Assembly (NCBI GenBank): GCA_963840035.1
Contig: CAWIXE010000002.1
Location: forward strand, 1,056,001-1,120,000
DNA: 64,000 nt
Direction of reading: 5' to 3'
Source of the DNA: a candidate division FCPU426 bacterium
GTDB lineage: Bacteria; Oederibacteriota; PGYV01; Palsa-1178
Positions 56,932 to 64,000 of this stretch are shown here, in pieces. The notes beneath the pieces were generated by a model. It searched no databases. It had not been told where the DNA came from and saw nothing but the letters and a program-made list of their open reading frames with translations. Within the stretch, counting starts at the first letter, position 1. Each line of letters begins with the position of its first letter. The position numbers were made by a program, and so were the translations under genes.

Positions 56932-56967
56932 AAAGCCTCAAAAACCGCCATGTCCGGATTGTTTTTA

Positions 56968-57286
56968 GTAGAGCCGCCGCTTGCATATGCCGTGAGTCCT
57001 ATAATATACTCACGACATATACGTATCGAACGGCTGCGGCTCAAGGCAGGCTTTGTTTTTGTATCTGAAGGTTGGCTTTGTTTTTGTAGTCGCAGGCCTG
57101 CGTTCCACCGGCCTGCGCCTATATTAGGGATTCACACCCTCAAGCCGTCGACAGTTCACTCGAGGTTATGCAACAGGTTAAGACGATGGCGATCCTTTAA
57201 TAGGCGCACCCCGATAAGGCGAATGGGTGCGACTACTAAAGCATATAACGAAACTACGTCTGAGCCGCAGCAAGCAGCGGCTCTAC
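56968..57286. repeat. Composite GTAG-REP array, inverted relative of 43903-44446
   Basis: Reverse complement of 57081-57240 aligns to 43903-44060 including the inter-REP spacer. Confidence 0.85.
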
Positions 57287-57300
57287 AAAAAAACACTGCC

Positions 57301-57774
57301 TTACTTATTTAAAAAATATACACCTGTGTTCAGGTACGACGCAAACCCCACCCATAAAAGGTAAGGCATCATCATTATTGAGGCTGGTTTTGATATCTTC
57401 CAGAAGACGATTATACAGGCAAGTATAAGCACCCACAGGACTATTATTACGGGAATCGCCGTCAGAGGCGTCCTGGCGCCGAAGAAGACAAAGGACCATA
57501 ACGCGTTAAAAATCAGCTGCAGCGAAAAGAAAGTAACAGCAAGTTTGACCCCTTCAGCTGCAAAACCTTTCTTTATGACAAGGAATATGGCAATGCCCAT
57601 GAGCGTATAAAGAGTCCCCCACACCGGCCCGAATATCCAGTTAGGCGGGTTTAAAGGCGGCTTTACCAGGCCGGCATACCATGTCGGAATTGACTGGAAC
57701 GTATAGATGGAGCCAATCGCGCCAGCGGCATAACTGACAAGAACACACGCCAACAGCAGAAAAAAGTTTTTCAT
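57301..57774 (-). CDS. tspO: Tryptophan-rich sensory protein TspO/MBR
   Basis: WY..L.KP..NPPNWIFGPVW..LY, N.LWS..FFG, PYL.W..FA. Confidence 0.93.
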   Translation of the reverse strand: MKNFFLLLACVLVSYAAGAIGSIYTFQSIPTWYAGLVKPPLNPPNWIFGPVWGTLYTLMGIAIFLVIKKGFAAEGVKLAVTFFSLQLIFNALWSFVFFGARTPLTAIPVIIVLWVLILACIIVFWKISKPASIMMMPYLLWVGFASYLNTGVYFLNK

Positions 57775-57825
57775 TTATCCCCCTTAAAATTTTTATCATG
57801 TATCCACGACTAAGTTTAGCATATT

Positions 57826-59457
57826 TTACCTGGCCGATGGCCCCTTTAATTTCCAGGCCTGATATTCATTAAAATTCCCGGCAGGGGCATAATTATCCCT
57901 GATATAGTTATCAAGCAGCATGACGCCGCTGCTTAGCGTGCTTTTATTGGGTTCCCTTAAGCTGAAACCCGCGTCATATAATATAACAAGTTTAACTTTT
58001 TTGTTTTTCAGACCTTCTATCATTTTTTGCTGTATCGGCGCGCTGGTGACTATTCCCGGGTCAAACGCGGAGTATTTAAAGGGGCAATCCCTTTTTGCGA
58101 AAAAATACATGAGGACATTATTGTGTGTCAGGCTGTCATGCCTTTGATTTCCTGAAAATATATACTCGCCGGGTTTCGTGTTGTTCCTGATGTACTGTAT
58201 CGCTTTATAGAAACCCTCTGACATCGGTATTCCCCTGCCCGCTCCGGCGCGGCCCGATGAAAGCACATTATACGTGTGATATGCCGGTATGGACACTGTC
58301 AAAACATTGAGTATAACCAGGATGCTTACACACGCAATCTTTGCCGTTTTACCGGCTTTTTTAATTGCCGAGTACACATATGCCTGCAGCACAAAAGATA
58401 TTATTAAAAAAGGCTGAAGGTGCTGGCCGTCAGACCTTATTCTGGCCTGATTAAAAAAAATGACAGTAAGAAGGATAAGGAACCCTCCGAAAATCAGGTC
58501 TATTATGCCCTGCTTGTCAGGCTTTTGCCTTACCCCGTAATAAACCGCGCATAACGCTGAAACAATTATAAAAAACGGGAAATAAAACGGCATGGTGTTT
58601 AAAAATATATGTATGTTTGAGAAATCAAGGGCCGGATACGGCAGGTCCCTGTACGCCGGCGCGTAAATAACAGGATAAATAAAAAGGTCATATAAAAGCG
58701 TATTTAATGGGACGTTTAGCATAAAGTATGTAACAGGCAGTAACAGCACTGCTGCCGCGCCTAAAGCCGGAAGCAGCAGCGGCCTAAAATCCTTTTTGTC
58801 CGTCCTATCCGCGCAAACAAGCGCGCACAGGGCAGCAATTTCGGCGGTTAAGACATAAAATCCGAAATCCTGCCTGAATAAAAACACAAAACCGCAGAAC
58901 ACACCCGCTAAAACCGCCGATATATTTTTCCGGCCGGAAAAATAACGCCTCAATGATTCCACGGAAAGCAGTGAAAAAAATATTGCGGGGATTGAAGGGT
59001 ATCCGTAAGACTCCCATACGCACATCCACATAAGCCCGGCAAAAAAGGTAAGATACGCAGCGGCATTTCCGGATAGCCCCGAAACAATGACAAACAGTAT
59101 TATAAGCACGCATGCCCTGAGTATAGAGTCCCAAAACCGCAGGGTTTCAAGGCTCTCACCGCCGGCTTTAAATGCGGCGGCAGCCGCGTAAAACTGCGCC
59201 GGGGCATAGATTGTATGGAAATCCTTATACGGCAAATATCCCCTTGCCACAAGCGATCCCCCATAAGCGATCAAACCCTCGTCATACATACCTGCCGTAT
59301 TCCCTGCGTTTTCATGGTAAATCAGAAGCAGCGCCACAACGAACATCAAAGAATACTTTATAATAGTTTTAATCACAGCGGATTTCTTCCGCGTCACGGC
59401 TGTGTAATCCGCTTTATTGTGAATCATCCCGTCTGCAGGTCCTGAACTATTTTCCAT
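57826..59457 (-). CDS. GT-C-type (ArnT/PMT-like) membrane glycosyltransferase
   Basis: YDEG...G.LPYKDF...Y.P loop after the first TM; many TMs; soluble C-terminal domain. Confidence 0.7.
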   Translation of the reverse strand: MENSSGPADGMIHNKADYTAVTRKKSAVIKTIIKYSLMFVVALLLIYHENAGNTAGMYDEGLIAYGGSLVARGYLPYKDFHTIYAPAQFYAAAAAFKAGGESLETLRFWDSILRACVLIILFVIVSGLSGNAAAYLTFFAGLMWMCVWESYGYPSIPAIFFSLLSVESLRRYFSGRKNISAVLAGVFCGFVFLFRQDFGFYVLTAEIAALCALVCADRTDKKDFRPLLLPALGAAAVLLLPVTYFMLNVPLNTLLYDLFIYPVIYAPAYRDLPYPALDFSNIHIFLNTMPFYFPFFIIVSALCAVYYGVRQKPDKQGIIDLIFGGFLILLTVIFFNQARIRSDGQHLQPFLIISFVLQAYVYSAIKKAGKTAKIACVSILVILNVLTVSIPAYHTYNVLSSGRAGAGRGIPMSEGFYKAIQYIRNNTKPGEYIFSGNQRHDSLTHNNVLMYFFAKRDCPFKYSAFDPGIVTSAPIQQKMIEGLKNKKVKLVILYDAGFSLREPNKSTLSSGVMLLDNYIRDNYAPAGNFNEYQAWKLKGPSAR

Positions 59458-59511
59458 TATACACCTTCACCCCCCCCAGTTAGGGCGTATGTACAAACCC
59501 TACCCACAACC

Positions 59512-60216
59512 CTATTTCGCGTCCGCATCAAAAAAATCCCTGTACACCCTGTAATGCGACGTATTTTTATAATCTACTTTTTGTATGACTTTGCCGTCAA
59601 AGCCGTAAACATCAGCGCTTTTTACCGACATCAGTATAGGCGAGTGCGTGGCTATTATAAATTGCGCCGTTCCTGTCGCGCCGTATTCTTCAAGCATATG
59701 CTTTAACTCCATCTGCGTATGGGGCGAGAGCGCGCATTCAGGCTCGTCTAAAAAGTATAACCCTTTTAGTTTATACCTAGCCCTGAAAAACGACATCAGT
59801 GACTGTCCGTGCGACTGTTCCATAAGCGACCTGCCCCCGAAATAATCCAGCTGTTCAGGGTCATTATGCGCCCACTCATCTAAGAGCCTGGCAAACGACT
59901 CAAATGTCTGCGAACCAAAGTAAGTGCCTTTAACAGGCCCGTTCTCCCAGACAGCTTCCACGGCTTCCTGAAACCTATCCTCATACGGGTTGTATTCAAA
60001 CCGCGGCCGCTTGTCCGAGTCCCATATATGTATGCCGCAGTTTTCGCATATCGCCTTAAGCAAGGTTGACTTCCCTGTCCCGTTCTCACCCACGAACATG
60101 GTAACGTTTTTTTCAAACTTCAGCTCAGGCGTGTTCTGAAGCAATTTTATATTAAACGGGTATTTATCCTTTACCGGAAACCTGTCCGGTAATATTTTCA
60201 CTGAATTTAGGTGCAT
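59512..60216 (-). CDS. ABC-class AAA ATPase (COG3910-like)
   Basis: GENGTGKS, SHGQS, LDEPE.ALSP, ATHSPIL. Confidence 0.88.
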   Translation of the reverse strand: MHLNSVKILPDRFPVKDKYPFNIKLLQNTPELKFEKNVTMFVGENGTGKSTLLKAICENCGIHIWDSDKRPRFEYNPYEDRFQEAVEAVWENGPVKGTYFGSQTFESFARLLDEWAHNDPEQLDYFGGRSLMEQSHGQSLMSFFRARYKLKGLYFLDEPECALSPHTQMELKHMLEEYGATGTAQFIIATHSPILMSVKSADVYGFDGKVIQKVDYKNTSHYRVYRDFFDADAK

Positions 60217-60317
60217 TTCTATTCTCCTTATTAATTCAAATACCGGACGACCCGCCGGCCATGTCCAGCAAAGCCGGGCTCGCCCCTACGAAACCACAAT
60301 CATATAAAACCAAAAAA

Positions 60318-61046
60318 TTACGGTTTACTCTTGTCTCCAGTCTCTTGTCTCGCCATTCTCTCAGACCGTTCTTTAATTCCCCTTATCATCCTGTCCCCCA
60401 TGAAAAAGTTCATGAACCCTGTCAGCCTTGGCCCATACCACATTTCATTTTCCTTTGACGGATAGTATCCGGCACGCCAGCGGACCATCAACCGCGTTTT
60501 ATTCCAGTCCACCTTTTTTAGATAAAATATCCAGGACATATTAACATAATCCTTTGACGTTTCCAGAACCGGCTTATCGCCTTTAACAAAATTCCCGCCA
60601 TGCACGATAAGCGCTATATTTGGTATAACTTTTTCCACTTTAAGCCCCGGCATCTGCGGGTGTAGTATCATTTTTTCCCTGCCGTCGCCTTTATACTGCC
60701 ACAATGGGTTTATTTTATCCGCGTTTTTAAGCTTGCATCCCACAGCGTTTTCAAGCATGGCGTAGCTGTAGAAACCGCCCCTGTCCTGGCCTATCTGATT
60801 GACCCACGGCCATATCTTTTCCGCAGGCGCGTTTATATCTATAGCGTGTGTGTATTGCCAGACGGGAGCCTTGACCAGATTATCCCCCGGTATGGAAGCT
60901 GTCCTGTCCTCTTCAGTATTATCCCATTCCATCCAGGGCATTTTTAAGACAATATAGGCAAGTATGGCAACGCACACCAGAAAAATAACAGTAAAAGAAG
61001 CAAGAAGCCTGCTAAACATCCCCATTTCCTTTTTTACTTCAGCCAT
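60318..61046 (-). CDS. SRPBCC-like hypothetical membrane-anchored protein
   Basis: T.AIDINAP.EKIWPW..QIGQDRGGFYSY. Confidence 0.7.
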   Translation of the reverse strand: MAEVKKEMGMFSRLLASFTVIFLVCVAILAYIVLKMPWMEWDNTEEDRTASIPGDNLVKAPVWQYTHAIDINAPAEKIWPWVNQIGQDRGGFYSYAMLENAVGCKLKNADKINPLWQYKGDGREKMILHPQMPGLKVEKVIPNIALIVHGGNFVKGDKPVLETSKDYVNMSWIFYLKKVDWNKTRLMVRWRAGYYPSKENEMWYGPRLTGFMNFFMGDRMIRGIKERSERMARQETGDKSKP

Positions 61047-61199
61047 AAAACCTCCACTTTAGTGTATTATAATTTCATGGTTGGCTCAAAGCTCAAGAGG
61101 CTCAAAGCTCAAGGTAAACCAGTCACGCTCAAGAACTACGATCTTCTTCAACCCAAATTCACTTGAGCCTCTTCAACCCCAATCCAACTTGAGCCAAAT

Positions 61200-63233
61200 T
61201 CACTTATCCAAACTTTCCCTTGACTCGTTTACTTTTTCCATAAGCACCAGAAGGTTGTTCTGTGTTTCCTTTGAGGGCGTAATCCCATACAGGTACTTCA
61301 TCCAGTATAAAGCTTTTTTCTGATCCTCTTTCAGGCATATCTGAATAAGCACGTTAATGGCCGCGTAATCATACGGGTTTATCTGTACGGCCCTTTCCAT
61401 ATGGTTTAAGGCTTCCGAAAAATCATTCAGGTATGAAAAGCACATAAAACTTACCAGGTTTTCTACAGATGCGCTGTCGTAAGCTATGTTCAACGCGCCG
61501 TCCCTGAAGAGCTCATATTGGCCCCTTCTTCCCTTATACGCGCCATATTCTGCGCGTTTCAGCAGGAAGCGCGCCAGGACCTCCCTGTAATACACATCAA
61601 CCCTGTTATTATTAAAATAATCCCTGAATACCATGGCCGCGAGAAACGCTTCCGCGTCATACTTCTTTTCGCCCTGTTTGTATATTCTGTAAAGCATCCC
61701 GTATGGATAAGAACTTAAGCCCTGGTCAGAAAAAGACGCAGGCGTTGTATAATATGTATTGCCCTTACCGCTGAAAATAACTGACAATTCCGCCTGCTTT
61801 TTTAAAAGCATGGTTATCTTTGCCCGCGTTTCAGCTATATTAATATCCTTTAATTTCTCAAATTTTAGCCGCACATCCGCTTCCCTGTAATTGCGGTATA
61901 TGGAGGTATCAAGAAAGTTCGAGGTCCGGTCATACAGGTTTATTTCCGGGTATTTTTTCTTTACGTATTTCATATACATAAGGTTAAAAACCTGAAAATC
62001 CTCCTCGGCAAAAACCGAATCGCCGGGTTTTAACGGCGCCAGCAGGCTGTTAACATAATCATAAGAGAGGAACTTCCGTGAGCTGTCATTCACAGGGTAT
62101 CCGGCTATTAAAAGCCACAGCGGCAGCGCGAACATGACACCCGCCGCCGCAGGCGCGAAAACCTTGTTTTTACCGCCTGCTTTAAGCAGCCATCCTGCGC
62201 CGGCAGCCATTATTATCACGCATGGCAGTTCCATGAAAAGCTGATACGGCGAGTTCGTGTACAGATTCATAGGCGCCATGGAATTGCGCGTTAAAAGTAT
62301 CAGCGCCGCGATGTTCAGCGTTAAAAAAATCCCTGTAACGAAAAAAAACTTTGGCTTTTTTAACGCCATGAACAGCAGTCCCACCCCGAGGAAGGCTGTG
62401 CCTGCCTTGTATGAATAGACAAACTGGCTGATAATGGCATTGAGTTTAAACATAAATATGTCCCTGTTTATTGGAATCAGCTGGCCTTCTAGGTATACTT
62501 TCCTCAGCACATGATTAAGTATCTGCGCCGGGGTTTTTATCTCACCCCACCACACGACAGGCGAGGCTGCCTGCCTGATTAAAAGGTAAAGATACGGGGT
62601 AACGGCCGAGAGAATAAATAACAGCATCCCTCCTGTCAGAAGCCCCGGATTCCTCCTTAAGCACAAAACAGAAAGTATGATCACTATAAAAAAAGACGTA
62701 AGCGAAGCTGACTGATGAAGTACCGGCAGGGCTCCGGCTAAGTACATAGCCATCAGAAAATCCTCTTTTTCACCCTCAAACACATACCTGAAGGCATAAT
62801 AGAGCGCTCCGGCCTGAGCCAGAAGCGTCAGGATATATATGGAACCTTTTGCCTGGTTCGCGTTGAACCAGAACTGGTATGAAAAAATAAACACCAGCGA
62901 AAAACACATTGCCACAAGGCTGTAGTAGAGAGGCTTTTTCGGGGTAAAATAATGAATCAGCAGGTAATTTATAAGCCCGTACACGGCCAGAAAAACAAGC
63001 GCGCCGAAAAAAGCCGCCATAAAATTCATGGCAAGCCCGGGGTCCCCCGCGGGTATAAACGTGAATATCTTTGATATAAGCATGTTTAATGAGTATCCCG
63101 GCGGATGTCCTATGCCAAGCGTATACGCGGAGGCTATTATCTCGCCGCTGTCTCCCAGGTAAGGCGCCGGCGGCGCCGTGGATATGAAAACGCCAAAAAC
63201 CACAAGCGCTGCGGCTGTCAGCGCAAATTTCAT
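61200..63233 (-). CDS. DUF2723 / TMEM260-like GT-C membrane glycosyltransferase with TPR
   Basis: GDSGE...LGIGHPPGY, FW.NA, PYLYL.IR; third paralog in the window. Confidence 0.85.
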   Translation of the reverse strand: MKFALTAAALVVFGVFISTAPPAPYLGDSGEIIASAYTLGIGHPPGYSLNMLISKIFTFIPAGDPGLAMNFMAAFFGALVFLAVYGLINYLLIHYFTPKKPLYYSLVAMCFSLVFIFSYQFWFNANQAKGSIYILTLLAQAGALYYAFRYVFEGEKEDFLMAMYLAGALPVLHQSASLTSFFIVIILSVLCLRRNPGLLTGGMLLFILSAVTPYLYLLIRQAASPVVWWGEIKTPAQILNHVLRKVYLEGQLIPINRDIFMFKLNAIISQFVYSYKAGTAFLGVGLLFMALKKPKFFFVTGIFLTLNIAALILLTRNSMAPMNLYTNSPYQLFMELPCVIIMAAGAGWLLKAGGKNKVFAPAAAGVMFALPLWLLIAGYPVNDSSRKFLSYDYVNSLLAPLKPGDSVFAEEDFQVFNLMYMKYVKKKYPEINLYDRTSNFLDTSIYRNYREADVRLKFEKLKDINIAETRAKITMLLKKQAELSVIFSGKGNTYYTTPASFSDQGLSSYPYGMLYRIYKQGEKKYDAEAFLAAMVFRDYFNNNRVDVYYREVLARFLLKRAEYGAYKGRRGQYELFRDGALNIAYDSASVENLVSFMCFSYLNDFSEALNHMERAVQINPYDYAAINVLIQICLKEDQKKALYWMKYLYGITPSKETQNNLLVLMEKVNESRESLDK

Positions 63234-64000
63234 TTTGATTTTCCTTTTATCATTTTGAATGCTTCAAACCACATAACGCTGAATAATCCGGCGGCTAGGC
63301 ATATGAGGAAGTCGGTAATATGCAGCGGGGCAAAGCTGAAAAGCTGCCGTAAGAAAGGGACATATAAAACAGCCACCAAAAGCGTAAACGCGCCTGATAC
63401 CACCCACCACATGGCCGGATTCGGGTCACGAAGCACGCTCCATATGGACCTTGTCCAGGAAAGGTTTGTCAGTATAAGGCTTAGGTTGGATATGACAAGC
63501 GTCGCAAAAGCCATGGCCCTTGCTTCTTCCTCGGACGCGGATGTTTTTCCTGTAATCATGTATACAGCCATGATAACCGCCAGGACAATCACCCCCTGAA
63601 GCAGGCTTATAATGACAGACTTTTTCCCGAAAACCTTTTCATTTTGGCCGCGCGGTTTCCTGTGCATGACATCCTTTTCCTCAGGCTCCGCCTCAAACAC
63701 CGTGGAACACGCCGGGTCAATGATAAGTTCAAGGAAAACAATATGGACCGGCATGAGTATCAGCGGCCATTTAAAGAATACAGGCAGCAGCGACAGTCCC
63801 GCTATCGGCACATGCACTGAAACAATGTAGGACAATGCCTTCTTAATATTATCAAATATGCGGCGGCCCATCCTGACCGCCTGGACAATGGATGTAAAAT
63901 CATCCTCCAGAAGCACCAGCGACGAAGCCTCACGCGCCACGTCAGTCCCCCTTTTTCCCATGGCAATGCCGATATGCGCGGACTTAAGCGCGGGCGCGTC
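63230..64000 (-). CDS. P-type cation-transporting ATPase, C-terminal part (5' end outside window)
   Basis: DAPALKSAHIGIAMGKRGTDVAREA, DDF.SIV.AV..GRRIFDNI. Confidence 0.9.
   Translation of the reverse strand, partial: DAPALKSAHIGIAMGKRGTDVAREASSLVLLEDDFTSIVQAVRMGRRIFDNIKKALSYIVSVHVPIAGLSLLPVFFKWPLILMPVHIVFLELIIDPACSTVFEAEPEEKDVMHRKPRGQNEKVFGKKSVIISLLQGVIVLAVIMAVYMITGKTSASEEEARAMAFATLVISNLSLILTNLSWTRSIWSVLRDPNPAMWWVVSGAFTLLVAVLYVPFLRQLFSFAPLHITDFLICLAAGLFSVMWFEAFKMIKGKSK

Noticed and set aside
56950..57312. 120-aa plus-strand ORF (also 44221-44502, 2508-2717, 19689-19880, 43599-43916)
   Set aside because: These lie over repeat elements or promoter regions and lack protein-like features
59512..60216. 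ATPase as part of an anti-phage defence system
   Set aside because: No adjacent nuclease, TOPRIM or other effector gene; this stand-alone ATPase family is widespread

Overview
Bacterial chromosomal window, almost entirely minus-strand genes. 1-14.6 kb is a flagellar basal-body/hook/motor cluster in Firmicute/spirochaete-like order (flgB-flgC-fliE-F-G-H-I-J-K-flgD-TIGR02530-flgE-flbD-motA-motB-fliL). Housekeeping and envelope genes follow (MCP, murA, nitronate monooxygenase/FabK-like, pilin, dusB, mgtC, tsaD, ctpA). Next is a divergent pair encoding a small Thr/Pro-rich protein with a T9SS-CTD-like tail plus a PorV-like barrel, converging on an operon of GT-C-type enzymes (O-antigen-ligase-like, two DUF2723/TMEM260-like) and a sigma-54 activator. 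The rest holds tRNA-Leu(GAG), rsmD, corA, dksA, speD, a four-subunit pyruvate:ferredoxin oxidoreductase, and an accessory stretch (AT-rich ankyrin gene, SdpI, CrtI-like, DUF523/1722, a ~1.66-kaa beta-helix/GH18 secreted protein with CTD-like tail, TspO, more GT-C enzymes, a partial P-type ATPase). The gene style suggests an anaerobic, diderm, uncultured-lineage bacterium (Goldbacteria-like; inference only). Non-coding DNA is rich in structure. It includes two ~200-bp MITEs inserted 15-16 bp upstream of sigma-70 -35 boxes, GTAG-type REP composites and heptamer inverted arrays. It also has a two-hairpin motif shared by the fliK and flgE leaders and a candidate speD leader peptide.
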